NCBI GenBank assembly: GCA_963748815.1 | Contig: CAVVKJ010000005.1 | Location: forward strand, 128,001-192,000 | Direction of reading: 5' to 3' | Source: an uncultured Gemmatimonadales bacterium | Lineage (GTDB): Bacteria > Gemmatimonadota > Gemmatimonadetes > Gemmatimonadales > GWC2-71-9 | Length of the DNA: 64,000 nt | Part shown: positions 31,307-41,419 of the stretch, piece after piece | Layout: every line of letters starts with the position of its first letter | Position numbering within the stretch: position 1 is the first letter of the stretch | Position numbers and translations under genes: made by a program | The notes under the pieces: model-generated | Told to the model about the DNA's origin: nothing | Database searches by the model: none | The model's input: the letters and a program-made list of their open reading frames with translations, nothing else

Positions 31307-32020
31307 CTAGCGCTGGGTCCCGAAGAAGAAGCTCAACGCCAGGCCCGCCACGTTGAGGTGGGCCGGGTTGCAGGTGGTGCAGTTCTGCCGGAGATAATAG
31401 GTGTCGAGCAGCCATTTGTGCTTGTAAGGCCATTGAATCCCCACGCTGTACCGCTGTTCATCCCACGAATCCGTCGCCCAGTTGTAGAACACTTCCGCCG
31501 TCGCGTACGGACTGTACCGGAAGCTGCCGTGGTGCACGTCGACCTCCAGCCGGAGCCGGTTCCGGTACCGGCTGGAATACTCCCCCTCGACCCAGCGAAA
31601 CTCGAACAGGTTGCGATCCTCGATGAGGAACGCGTCGCCGGGCCGATGCCGCCCGGTGGCCTGGGCCTTGAGGCGATTCTCGTATTTGGGCGTGCCGTCG
31701 GCCCGCGTGTCGAGGTATTCGTATCCGATGCCGACGACGTAGGCGTGCTCCTTGGAGGGATCGACGTTGCGGAGGTGGGGCCGCCTGATGGCCTTGGCCT
31801 GGTAGTTGAGGTCGGTGCCGACACCCAGCTGCTCCGTCTCGTTACTCTCCTCGTTCTTGATCTGGGCGTACAGGGTCTGGCTCAACTTGGACGGCCACTG
31901 ATAGCGGAGCGAGAGCTTGGGCCAGAAGGCGCCCGCCGTACTGGAGTCCTGTGCGATCGCGGGCGTGCTGAGGGCCATCGCAAGCACCGCGACCACGGAT
32001 ACGACGGCGCGAGCGGTCAT
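31307..32020 (-). CDS. DUF2490-like outer-membrane protein
   Basis: Signal peptide; R..FEFRW, RYRNRLRL, PYATAEVFY. Confidence 0.7.
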   Translation of the reverse strand: MTARAVVSVVAVLAMALSTPAIAQDSSTAGAFWPKLSLRYQWPSKLSQTLYAQIKNEESNETEQLGVGTDLNYQAKAIRRPHLRNVDPSKEHAYVVGIGYEYLDTRADGTPKYENRLKAQATGRHRPGDAFLIEDRNLFEFRWVEGEYSSRYRNRLRLEVDVHHGSFRYSPYATAEVFYNWATDSWDEQRYSVGIQWPYKHKWLLDTYYLRQNCTTCNPAHLNVAGLALSFFFGTQR

Positions 32021-32035
32021 CCTGGGCTGTGCCGC

Positions 32036-33104
32036 TCAGTGGAGCGCGCTCATCAGCGCGTCGGTCACCTGCGCCGTCGATCCCGTTCCGCCGAGGTCCG
32101 GCGTGAGCGGCCCGCTGGCCACCACGCGCTCCACCGACCGTTCGAGTGTCGCCGCCCCCGCCGCGCATCCCAGCTGTTCCAGCATCAGCGCGCCGGTCAA
32201 CACCGTGGCCATCGGGTTGGCGACGCCCTTCCCGACCAGCGGCGGTGCGGAGCCGTGCACCGGTTCGTAGAGCCCGGCGCGCCCGGGATGCAGGTTCGCG
32301 CTGGCGGCGATGCCGAGTCCCCCGATCAGTCCCGCGCCGAGGTCGGAGAGGATGTCGCCGTAGAGATTAGTGGTGACAATCACCTGGAAGCGCTCCGGCT
32401 CCCGCACCAGCTCGAGCGCGAGCGCGTCGACATACCGATGCTCCCGCTGGATATCCGGGTACCCGTCGCCGATTTCCTGGAAGAGACGCCCCCAGATCCG
32501 CTGGTACGGGATCGCGTTGGACTTGTCGCTCATCGTGACGCGGGTCTTGCCGTGTGCCGCCGCCCACGCGAACGCCGCCTCGATGATCCGCGCGACCCCC
32601 TTCCGCGAATTGATCTCCTCGGAGACGTGCACCTCGTCGGGGGTGCCGATGCTTTCCGAGCGCCCCTTCCCGAGATACTGCCCCTCCGTGTTCTCGCGGA
32701 AGATCACGAAATCGATCGCGGTGCTCCCTGCCGTCGGTGCGCCGGTCGGTGCGGAGCGGCGAGAGCCTGGGGTGGAAGAGCCGCGTCGGGCGGAAGTTGA
32801 TGTAGAGGTCGAGGCGAAACCGGAGGCCGAGGAGAATGTCGCGAGCGTGCTCATTGCCCGGGACGCGCGGATCGCCGAGCGCGCCCACGAGGATCGCGTC
32901 CACGTCGTCGCGGAGATGCGCGAACGCCTCGTCGGGGAGAGTCTCCCCGGTGCGGAGGTAGTGGTCGGCGGAGTAGGGGAGGTGCTCGACCTCGAGCGTC
33001 AGCCCCTCGGCGCGGGCCGCCGCCTCGATGACCGGCAGGGCGGCCTCGATCACTTCCGGCCCGATGCCGTCGCCGGCGATGATGGCGATCTTCGCGCGCG
33101 TCAC
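32036..33104 (-). CDS. Isocitrate/isopropylmalate/tartrate dehydrogenase family protein, frameshifted
   Basis: GDGIGPEV, RENTEG, NLYGDILSD, EPVHGSAP, ANP; shift near 32760. Confidence 0.9.
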
Positions 33105-33850
33105 GACATCCCTCCCTGGGTATCCTCGCCGCAGCTGACGCAGTAGCGCCAGCCCACGTCCATGTCGGCGCCACAGGTGCGGCAGGAGCCGACGTCCTGT
33201 CCCATCCCGCAGTGCGGGCAGAAATTGATGGTCATGCGGGGCGGCAGGAGTCCGCCGCAGAACGGGCAGCGCGCCTGGGTCTTGTCGAGCGAGGCCGGGG
33301 GCACGCCAGGCATCTCGGGCGCCACCGGGGTGACCGCGCTCGCGTTCGCTTCGAACACCGGGTCCGGCAGCCAGGCGTCGTCCAGGTCGGACGCCGACTC
33401 GTCATGGTGGGCTGGCTCTCGCTTGTCGACGGCCTCCGCCACGTCGCGTGGCGCCTCCGCGCGCATCGACGGCGCCTCCCCCGGCGGCGCGTAGCGCTCC
33501 TCGGGATGGACCTCCATCACGCTCATCAGGGGATCGGTCCGGAGCACGATGTGCGTGTCGCCGTACACCCGGAGGAAGGCGAGGTCGGGAATCGGCTTCT
33601 GCAGCTCGGCTTGCAGGGCCGCCTGCGCGGCGGAGTCGGCCTGGACGAACTCCCCCTCGCCCGCGCAGAGCCGGAGGAGGAGGGTCTCGTAGTCTTCCGC
33701 GCTGTCCACGCCGAGCTCCCGCCGGACCAGGCGGTAGGGGAGTACCGCGTCCATCAATTCGTTGATGGCGATCGGCTGGTGGAGGCGCGGGGGTTCCTGC
33801 TCCGAGAGCGTGCGCGCCAGCAGCCGGAAGAGCGGGTCGAGGGAGGTCAT
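33101..33850 (-). CDS. Zinc-ribbon domain protein
   Basis: C-terminal CPFC..CPHC..CRTC..CVSC double zinc ribbon. Confidence 0.7.
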   Translation of the reverse strand: MTSLDPLFRLLARTLSEQEPPRLHQPIAINELMDAVLPYRLVRRELGVDSAEDYETLLLRLCAGEGEFVQADSAAQAALQAELQKPIPDLAFLRVYGDTHIVLRTDPLMSVMEVHPEERYAPPGEAPSMRAEAPRDVAEAVDKREPAHHDESASDLDDAWLPDPVFEANASAVTPVAPEMPGVPPASLDKTQARCPFCGGLLPPRMTINFCPHCGMGQDVGSCRTCGADMDVGWRYCVSCGEDTQGGMS

Positions 33851-33909
33851 GATTTCAATTTCGTTGTCCACGGCGATTGTCGCTAGACGTAGGATCTGTG
33901 CGGCAGGTC

Positions 33910-34048
33910 GGGGCGGGCATACGCCCGCCCCTGGGCCAGCGAAGCCGCGACCTGGCGCCGGGAGATGAGCCAATCGTGCCCACGGAGCTCCGCGAAAGGC
34001 GCGGAATCGCGTCGTTCGCCGTTCGAGGGGTGGGCGTATGCCCACCCC
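33910..34048 (-). repeat. Family 3 element (paired GGGGYGGGC-N4-GCCCRCCCC hairpins)
   Basis: Hairpins at 33910-33931 and 34027-34048. Confidence 0.7.
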
Positions 34049-34071
34049 GCAGGGTCGAGGGCCAATATCGA

Positions 34072-34713
34072 TCATTGATTGGGCGATTCCTCCTCCCGCA
34101 ATTCAATCGCGTCCCCACGTGTCAGCCGGTCGGCTAGACTGGTATACGCCGCATCCGCGTCGTATTCGAGGTATTGCCCCCGGCCGCGCTTCGCGGTCAG
34201 CCAGGTGTCGAAGCCCGACGGAATGGCGCCGTCGGAGGTGTGCTGCTCGGTGGCGGCAGCCACGGCGAGGTCGTTGGCGTACTCATTCTTGGCGTGCCCC
34301 TGGTGCCCGCGCACCCACGTCCACTGGACCTCGTGCTTGCCGGCCGAGGAGACCAGCTGCTGCCATAGCGGAAGGTTTTCGATGGGCCCGCCTTTGCGCG
34401 TCCATCCGCGCGCCTTCCAGGCCGGCACCCACTCGCGCATTCCCTTCACCAGGTACTCCGAGTCCGACACCAGCAGTACGCGCATCCGCTGCCCCTTGCC
34501 GGCCAGCAGCTGGAGCGCGGCGATGCCGCTGGCCAGTGCCATCCGGTTGTTGGTGGTGTCGGCGGCGTGGAGGAAGAAGTCCCGGCGCTGGACGCCGCTC
34601 TTCGTGGCGGTCTCGATGAGGCCGCCGGCGCCGCCGGGGGTCTTTCCCTCCTGGCCGTTGCCGAGACAGCTCTCGTCAAGGTGCACCACGGCAATCGCGA
34701 GTGGCTGGGTCAT
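34072..34713 (-). CDS. rnhA: Ribonuclease HI
   Basis: DESCLGN, TTNNRM, SDSEYL..GM..W...WK..GW, WVRGH.GH..NE.AN. Confidence 0.88.
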   Translation of the reverse strand: MTQPLAIAVVHLDESCLGNGQEGKTPGGAGGLIETATKSGVQRRDFFLHAADTTNNRMALASGIAALQLLAGKGQRMRVLLVSDSEYLVKGMREWVPAWKARGWTRKGGPIENLPLWQQLVSSAGKHEVQWTWVRGHQGHAKNEYANDLAVAAATEQHTSDGAIPSGFDTWLTAKRGRGQYLEYDADAAYTSLADRLTRGDAIELREEESPNQ

Positions 34714-34934
34714 CCGTCGTTCCTCAGCACCTGGAACCATTCGATATCCTTGAGCAGAAACTCCATCATCTCTCCCGTCATCGGCAGGCGCGCGTGAAAG
34801 GCCTCGCCCCGCGGCCCGGCCGCGACCCGTTCGGCGAGCACGATGTACTCTGTCCCTCGACGGTCCACGACGACGCGCAGCCCGTTCCGGCACGCGTGCT
34901 CGAGCTGGTCGTACTTTTCACTATTCCAACGCAC
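34710..34934 (-). CDS. Hypothetical 74-aa protein
   Basis: Stop overlaps the rnhA start (ATGA); GAGGAG RBS upstream. Confidence 0.6.
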   Translation of the reverse strand: MRWNSEKYDQLEHACRNGLRVVVDRRGTEYIVLAERVAAGPRGEAFHARLPMTGEMMEFLLKDIEWFQVLRNDG

Positions 34935-34946
34935 CTAGGCTCCTCA

Positions 34947-35100
34947 GGCGTCCCCCCTCTCCATCATATGGAGAGGGGGACAGGGGGTGAGGCAAGACTG
35001 CGGGGCCGCGGGGCAGGGGGGCAGCGGGGCAGTCAATTGCATCAATCCTTTGCGGGCGTCCCCCCTCTCCATCATATGGAGAGGGGGACAGGGGGTGAGG
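34947..35100 (-). repeat. Two direct family 1 copies (ATCATAT loop) separated by octamer repeats
   Basis: GGCGTCCCCCCTCTCCATCATATGGAGAGGGGGACAGGGGGTGAGG at about 34947-34992 and 35055-35100. Confidence 0.85.
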
Positions 35101-36157
35101 TGAAGACGCGAACGTGCCCAACTGGCCCATTCACCAGCCTCCCGATCACCGCCGCGGCCGGCGTCCGCTCCCGCCGAAGCGCCGCGAGCAATTCGTCAAG
35201 CCGGTCCGGACGCACCGCCAGCAGCAGTCCCCCCGAGGTCTGCGCATCAGCCAGCAGAATCCGGTTGGCAGCCGACACCTCCGCTTCGTAGGTGGTGACG
35301 AGCGCGGCCGCTTCGATGTTGCGCTGGGTACCTCCCGGCACCAACCCTTCGTCCGCCATCTGGCGCGCATGCGCGAATGCCGGCAGATTCTCCACCCAGA
35401 GTTCGGCGGCGAGTCGGCTCCCCGCCAGGATGTTGCCGAGGTGCCCGAGGAGCCCGAAGCCGGTGATGTCGGTCGCGGCGCGGACGCCGGCGACCCGCGC
35501 CGCCCGCGCCGCCCCGGCGTTCAGGGTGCGCATCGAGGCGACGGCCGGTGCAACCTCCGCCTCCGTCAGGCGGTCCCGCTTGAGGGCTGTGGTCAGCAGT
35601 CCGGTGCCGAGCGGCTTGGTGAGGACCAGGATGTCGCCCGCCTTGCCGGCGGCATTGGTCAGGAGCGCGTCGGGGTGCACCTCGCCGGTGACGGCGAGCC
35701 CGAACTTCGGCTCCGCGTCGTCGATCGAATGTCCGCCAAGCAGGAGACACCCTGCTTCCTGCGCGACGTCGGCGGCACCGGCCATGACCTCGCCGAGCAG
35801 GTCGAAGGGGAGGCCGGTCCGGGGCCAGGCGACGAGATTCAGGGCGAAGAGCGGCGTGCCGCCCATCGCGTAGACGTCGCTGAGGGCGTTGGCGGCGGCA
35901 ATGGCGCCCCAGTCCCGCGCGTCGTCCACGATGGGCGTGAAGAAGTCGGTCGTCGCGATCAGGGCCCGGTCGGCGGAGAGCCGAAAGACCGCGGCGTCGT
36001 CGCGCGAACCGGCATCCACCAGCACGCGCGGGTCCGTCACGCTCGGCAGGTGGCGCAACACCTCCGTCAACTCGGCGCTGCCGAGCTTGCAGGCGCAGCC
36101 CGCGCCGTGGGAGAGCGCCGTGAGCCGGATCCGTGCGCCGGCCTGCCGAACAGTCAT
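35072..36157 (-). CDS. selD: Selenide, water dikinase (selenophosphate synthetase), Cys form
   Basis: LT..SHGAGCACK, DDAAV, DFFTP, ANALSDVYAMGG, GGHS, DITGFGLLGH, DAQTSGGLL. Confidence 0.95.
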   Translation of the reverse strand: MTVRQAGARIRLTALSHGAGCACKLGSAELTEVLRHLPSVTDPRVLVDAGSRDDAAVFRLSADRALIATTDFFTPIVDDARDWGAIAAANALSDVYAMGGTPLFALNLVAWPRTGLPFDLLGEVMAGAADVAQEAGCLLLGGHSIDDAEPKFGLAVTGEVHPDALLTNAAGKAGDILVLTKPLGTGLLTTALKRDRLTEAEVAPAVASMRTLNAGAARAARVAGVRAATDITGFGLLGHLGNILAGSRLAAELWVENLPAFAHARQMADEGLVPGGTQRNIEAAALVTTYEAEVSAANRILLADAQTSGGLLLAVRPDRLDELLAALRRERTPAAAVIGRLVNGPVGHVRVFTSPPVPLSI

Positions 36158-36187
36158 TCGTACTTTCCTCGCAGTGGAGTCCAATTC

Positions 36188-36922
36188 GTGAACCCTACAG
36201 TCGCGCTCGGCACGGCGTTCCTCCTCGGCCTGGCCCACGCCATCGAGGTGGACCACATGATTGCCGTCACCGCGTTCGTGAGCACCCGCCCGGCGCTGCG
36301 CTCCGCCGCCGGCTTCGGCCTGCGCTGGGGGCTGGGCCACTCGCTGGCGGTCTTCATTGCGGGCGGCATCCTGATCGCCACGGGGCTCCGCTGGCCCGCC
36401 GGATACGACGCCCTCGGCGAGGCGCTGGTCGGCGCGCTGCTGGTGGGGGTCGGCGTCTGGGCCATGCTGCGCGCCCGCAAGTTACATCTCCACCCGCCCG
36501 AGGAACACGGGGACCACGCCCACCTGCACGCACACCGGGCCGCCGCCTCAGTCCACACCCACGGGCATCACGCGCATGCCACGCCGGCACACCCGCCGGT
36601 CGGGCACCACCATCATCATGCGCCGCAACGCGAGAAGCACGGCATCACGGTGGTCGGCCTGATGCACGGCCTGGCCGGGACAAGCGCCGTGGTGGCGCTG
36701 GTGCCGGTCACCCTGATGGACCGCAAGATCGTCGGGCTCGGCTACCTGGTGGCGTTCGGGCTGGGGACCGTCCTGGCGATGACGGCCTACGCGGTCGTGG
36801 CGGCGGCCGCACTCCGCCGCGCGTCGGAAGGGTCGCTCAAGTGGGGGCGGATGCTGGGGCGGTTTGTGGGGGCGGGGAGCATTCTGGTGGGGGTGTGGTG
36901 GATTTGGAGGGCGGTGGGATAG
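36188..36922 (+). CDS. UreH/NiCoT-like metal transporter with His-rich loop
   Basis: LGLAHAIEVDH, WGLGH, His-rich loop, GLMHGLAG. Confidence 0.8.
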   Translation: MNPTVALGTAFLLGLAHAIEVDHMIAVTAFVSTRPALRSAAGFGLRWGLGHSLAVFIAGGILIATGLRWPAGYDALGEALVGALLVGVGVWAMLRARKLHLHPPEEHGDHAHLHAHRAAASVHTHGHHAHATPAHPPVGHHHHHAPQREKHGITVVGLMHGLAGTSAVVALVPVTLMDRKIVGLGYLVAFGLGTVLAMTAYAVVAAAALRRASEGSLKWGRMLGRFVGAGSILVGVWWIWRAVG

Positions 36923-36994
36923 CGCGACCAGGACTCTGGCGAAGCACCGTACCGCTTGCTAGGTTGGCGCACTTCTCCAATAGGAGAGGCGCGC

Positions 36995-38695
36995 ATGATT
37001 CCGACCCAGGATCTCCCTTCCAACACCTTCGACGTCGACGACGTCGAACCGGCCACCATGTGGGTGGACACGTGGAGCCCCAAGCAGGCCATCCAAAGCC
37101 TGCTCGGGTCAGGAACCGGCCCGGGATTCGGGCCCATCGAGGCCTGCTGGAGCGCCACCCAACCCTGCCTGTCCGAAATCAGCATCCACCCGCTGCTGGC
37201 CGCGACCCACCGTGCCTTCGCCGAGCATCGGCCGCTGTCGCTCTCGCCCGACGTCATCTGGGTCACCATCGTGCAGGGGCTGGCACAGCATGTTCGCCGC
37301 GACCCCGAGCGATTTCGTAGCCTCCTCGTCGGGCACGAGGGGAGGCGGACCATCGAGATCGAGACGCCCGAGATCACGGGCGACAGCCCCGAGAATCCAT
37401 GGGACGACGTGATCACCGATCTGGCGGATCGCCTTGCCCGCGAGGCGGGTCCCCTTGTGGGTCGCCTGACCGCCGACTTCAGCACCACGGGGCCGGTGGA
37501 ACGCGTCGTGAGCGAAGTGGCGCTCCTCGACCTCTTTGAACCGTACTTCACCTACGCAGTCAGATGCGTGTGCGGGATCCCGACAATCACGCTGGAGGGC
37601 TGCGCCGACGATTGGAAACGGCTGCGCCAGAAGGTCGACCTGCTGGAGGAATTCGGGCTGGAGTGGTGGCTGGCGGAGTTGCGTCCCATCTGCGACCAGT
37701 TTGTCCGTGCCGCCTCAGGCGATGTGGACCGGGCGCACTGGCAGCGGATGTACAAGCCGGCAGCGGCGTATGCGAGGACGGTGATGACCGGATGGCTGGG
37801 GATGATGTTCCCCTACCTCAAAGGTGGACGGGATCGCAACCCGCTGTTCGAACCCGCCACGCGGGCGGAGATCGAGGAGTGGACACGCAGGCAGGGCGAA
37901 AGCGCCTACATCCTTGGCGTCGCCCTCGGTTCTTGGATGGGCGACCCTCCCGGCCTCGACGAGGCGACCGTACCGGTTGGGTTGAGCCTTGTTCCCTTCT
38001 CCCTGATTGACGAGGAGACGAGGAGCACGCGAAGAATGCAGTTCGTGGCGGGGGCGATGGCAGTCACGTACGATCAGACCTCGGGCGCGCTTCGCCCGGT
38101 GCTTGGGTGGGCGGTCCGGGGGGAGCCGCCGATCGTCGGCGCGCGCGCACACATGGGGGCGTTGCTGGGCGCCTTGGCCGGTCAGGGCAGCAAGCCGCCC
38201 GCTGATTTTCAGGAGGGTCGGCGTCCGTTCGACTTCATCGTCCACGAACTCTTGGAGGATGATCTCAGGCAGTTCTATGGCACCTACCACAGTGCGGCAA
38301 TTCATCCGAGGCCGCGCGGGAGGCTCCCCGACTGGCGCTTCCTGGACCGTTGGCGAGAGTTATCCGCGACGTATACCATCTTTCCGCTCTCCGATTGGTC
38401 AGTCCCGGCGTGGGCCAATGAAGATACGAATGCACCGGAGTATCTCTGTTTCGGGGTCCTTGCGGACAGAACGGAACTACTCATTCGGCTTGGGTGGTTG
38501 GCTGGCGACGCCACGGGTGAAGTGTCCGTCGGGCGACGGAACGGTGCCCCGGTGGCCGACACCGGGATCACGGTGGCACGCAGCTTTGCAGAATTTCTCG
38601 GCCAGGCAATCGAGAGTCCGGAGCCCTTCTTTCGCGCTTCAGGCTTCGTCCCTCTGGACCCAGCCGAAGGGCGGCGGCAGCCGAAGGGTGGCTGA
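36995..38695 (+). CDS. DUF4419 protein with C-terminal SMI1/KNR4 (SUKH)-like domain
   Basis: AF.EHRPL.LSPD.IW, DFSTT, CGIPTITLEG..DDW; C-terminal L.DDL.QFY...VARSFAEFL. Confidence 0.7.
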   Translation: MIPTQDLPSNTFDVDDVEPATMWVDTWSPKQAIQSLLGSGTGPGFGPIEACWSATQPCLSEISIHPLLAATHRAFAEHRPLSLSPDVIWVTIVQGLAQHVRRDPERFRSLLVGHEGRRTIEIETPEITGDSPENPWDDVITDLADRLAREAGPLVGRLTADFSTTGPVERVVSEVALLDLFEPYFTYAVRCVCGIPTITLEGCADDWKRLRQKVDLLEEFGLEWWLAELRPICDQFVRAASGDVDRAHWQRMYKPAAAYARTVMTGWLGMMFPYLKGGRDRNPLFEPATRAEIEEWTRRQGESAYILGVALGSWMGDPPGLDEATVPVGLSLVPFSLIDEETRSTRRMQFVAGAMAVTYDQTSGALRPVLGWAVRGEPPIVGARAHMGALLGALAGQGSKPPADFQEGRRPFDFIVHELLEDDLRQFYGTYHSAAIHPRPRGRLPDWRFLDRWRELSATYTIFPLSDWSVPAWANEDTNAPEYLCFGVLADRTELLIRLGWLAGDATGEVSVGRRNGAPVADTGITVARSFAEFLGQAIESPEPFFRASGFVPLDPAEGRRQPKGG

Positions 38696-38713
38696 CCACG
38701 GTGGGCGGGTCGG

Positions 38714-39626
38714 CTAGCCACCGCCCCGCGGTCCCGCGGCCCCGCCGAGCAGCGCCCGCAGCCCAATCAACGCCCGCTCCTCCTGCGCCGTCGCCCCGAA
38801 GGCGCCGTCCTTCCGCTGCATCGAGAGCAGCGCCGGCACCGCCCGCGCAATCGCCTTCCGGGCGGGCGGCGTGTTGGCCACCAGCAACGACTCCAGCGCG
38901 TGGAAGAGGTCGGCGTTGGCCCAGGTGCCGTCTCCCTGCTGGTTTTCCGCGATGAATAGGGCGGTCTTGAGCGTGGCGCCGCGGTAGACCGGCGGCGAGA
39001 TCGCCAGCGGATGCAGGGCCGCGATGATGAGGTCGGGCGCGTAGTACCCGCTCCAGTCGTCCCACACATCGGCGAGCACGGCCAGGCTGGTCAGGTGCTT
39101 CTTGACGCTCGCCTTCCCCGCCAATCCCGCCATCAGCACGGCCCGCAGCGCGAGGCAGCTCACCGCGAACCGCGCCTGCGCCTCGGCGCGAAAAGTCTTG
39201 CCGCAGGGCATCGTGATCGGCGCCAGCCGTTCGGTCTCCGGCGCCGGTGCGAAGAAACCCGCCAGGTAGTGGTCGCACGCCTTCTGCTCGTGGCGCGCCG
39301 GGTGGCAGCCCTCGCCGAACGCCCCCGGTTGTCCCGCCAGCCCAAGGGTCCAGGTGATGAAGCGCGCCGTGCCCGGTTCCTGCCCCGAGTGCCCCAGGTC
39401 CATCAACTCGATGGCGCGCCAGATGGTGGGCAGCGCCGCGCCGCCGACGCTGCCGTCGGGGCGGAGTCCCTTCTGCAGGCGCGGCGATGATGGCCGTGCG
39501 CGCGGCGTCGTCTCCGGGCGCCGGCCGGCCGAGCGCCTCCCGCGCCAGGAGCGCCGCGCGGGTACGGCGCGGGGCAAAGAACTCCTCGAGCCGCGTGACG
39601 GCGGCGTCGGTGTTGGGGTGCTTCAT
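38714..39626 (-). CDS. Hypothetical protein with prenyltransferase/terpene-cyclase-like QxxDG repeats, frameshifted
   Basis: LRPDGS, QQGDGTW, QRKDGAF; shift near 39480. Confidence 0.55.
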
Positions 39627-39988
39627 GCCAGGAGGAGCGAGAGGATGCCGCCTGCAGCCGCCCCGCGGAGGCCACCGAGGAGCACGTGCGCCAGGGGAGG
39701 GAAGGGGGAGTCGTCCATGTCGGCTATCCGCATCCAGCCGGCCCACTCGACCAGCAGCCCCATCAGCCCGAAGAGGAGCCACCAGCCGCCGTGCCCGAGG
39801 CTCGCGAACCAGAGCCCCGCGATGAGCGTGAAGAGCAGCGCTTCGATGAAATAGGCGCCGGGTGCCCGGCGCAACACCGTGCGCCCCGGCTCTCGCGTTC
39901 CCCCGGCCACCTTGCCCTCGATCGCCTCCCAAAGGAGGAAGAAGAGCCACACGGCCATCCAGCCGAGCACCAGGCGCGCGAGAGGCAT
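39623..39988 (-). CDS. Hypothetical membrane protein
   Basis: Four hydrophobic segments; stop/start overlap with the next gene. Confidence 0.6.
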   Translation of the reverse strand: MPLARLVLGWMAVWLFFLLWEAIEGKVAGGTREPGRTVLRRAPGAYFIEALLFTLIAGLWFASLGHGGWWLLFGLMGLLVEWAGWMRIADMDDSPFPPLAHVLLGGLRGAAAGGILSLLLA

Positions 39989-39993
39989 CCCCG

Positions 39994-41352
39994 CTACCAG
40001 CGGTTGCGGATCGAATCCGCCAGGATGAGCTGGCCGCGCACCATCACGCGGGTGACGGAGCGCGTGTTCCGGATATCCGCCAACGGGTCCCGACCCAGGA
40101 TCACCAGGTCGGCGGCCTTGCCCGGCACCAGCGTGCCCAGCGAGTCCGCCCCCAGGAGCGCCGCCGCGTCGCGCGTGGCCGCCCGCAGCGCCTCCGCGGG
40201 GGTCAGTCCCGCGCCGACGAGCAGCTCGAGTTCAAGGTGCTCGCTGGCACCCGGCACCAGCATCTGGTTCGAGGCGTCGGTACCGGTCACGATCCGTCCG
40301 CCGGCCTGCCGGAATGCCCGCACGAACAGGTCCTGCATCGGCCGTCCCCGGCGGAACGCGGCGAAGTCGGCGGGCGTCCAGCCGGCACGGCTCACCATTT
40401 CTGGAACGTTCCACGCCGCCCGCTCATTGGCGGGCACCGAGAGCAGGTCGGGATTCGTGGCGGAGGCGCTGTCGTCCAACCGGCTGAACACCTCGTGCAG
40501 CGCCAGCGTCGGGACCATCGTCACCTTCGTCTCGGCGAGTTGCTCCGCCAGGCGGGAAAGGGTGACGGAATCGAGGGTGGCCCAGCTTCGCTCGAAGGCG
40601 GTCCACCCCGCCCAGAAGCCGTTCTGGTGGGCGGCGAAGAGCGCATCGGGCCTTCCCGCCGCTTCCGGCACGCCGCTGAGGTGCTCGATCGACGCGACAC
40701 CGAGCTTGCTCGCCGTGAGCGCGTCGGTCAGGCCGAGGTGAACGGCCACCGGCATCCGGAAGGTGCGGGCCTCGTCGACCACCGCCTCGAGGAGTTCCGG
40801 TGTGAGGCGGGTGTAACCCTTGATGAAGTGAGCGCCGGCGACGGAGAGGCGGTCCACGGCCTGCCGTGCCCCGCGGCTGTCGGTCACTTCGGTGGCATTG
40901 GGATAGGTGGCGGGCGCGCCGTCGATCATCGCCCCCGCCACGTAGATCCGCGGGCTCAGGCCGCCGCCGAGGTCGGCGGCCTCCGACATCGCGAAGATGC
41001 TGTCGGCCTGGTTGTGGACATCGCGCACGGTGGTGACGCCGTAGGCCACGTAGCGGTCGAGGGCCCAGCGGGCCACGTGCGCGTGGGCGTCGATGAGGCC
41101 GGGGATGATCCAGCTGCCGGACACGTCGACCTGCTTGGTGCCACGGGGGAGAAGCACATTTTCCCGCTGACCGACCGCCTCGATGGTGCTGCCTCGCACG
41201 AGGACCACGCCATCGCGAATGGGTGTGCCGCCTCGACCGTCGAGGATGGTGGCACCCATGAGGGCCGTGCGCGGGGGGCCCTGTTCGGCGCAGCCGCCGA
41301 GGAGGGAGAGGCCGAGGGCCAGGGTGGTGACGGTCGCTGCGGCTCTGATCAT
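39994..41352 (-). CDS. Amidohydrolase family lipoprotein
   Basis: Lipobox LGGC, PGLIDAHAH, SIEH, GTDA, GKAADLV. Confidence 0.88.
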   Translation of the reverse strand: MIRAAATVTTLALGLSLLGGCAEQGPPRTALMGATILDGRGGTPIRDGVVLVRGSTIEAVGQRENVLLPRGTKQVDVSGSWIIPGLIDAHAHVARWALDRYVAYGVTTVRDVHNQADSIFAMSEAADLGGGLSPRIYVAGAMIDGAPATYPNATEVTDSRGARQAVDRLSVAGAHFIKGYTRLTPELLEAVVDEARTFRMPVAVHLGLTDALTASKLGVASIEHLSGVPEAAGRPDALFAAHQNGFWAGWTAFERSWATLDSVTLSRLAEQLAETKVTMVPTLALHEVFSRLDDSASATNPDLLSVPANERAAWNVPEMVSRAGWTPADFAAFRRGRPMQDLFVRAFRQAGGRIVTGTDASNQMLVPGASEHLELELLVGAGLTPAEALRAATRDAAALLGADSLGTLVPGKAADLVILGRDPLADIRNTRSVTRVMVRGQLILADSIRNRW

Positions 41353-41419
41353 CGCGAGGCCCGAACGGTGAAGGGGTCGGCGGAAAAGCGCCCCGGGGTG
41401 GCCGGGGCGCTGGAGGAAT

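Noticed and set aside
36085..36105. Selenocysteine in the SelD active site
   Set aside because: The codons read GGC TGC GCC TGC AAG, which is Cys with no in-frame TGA.
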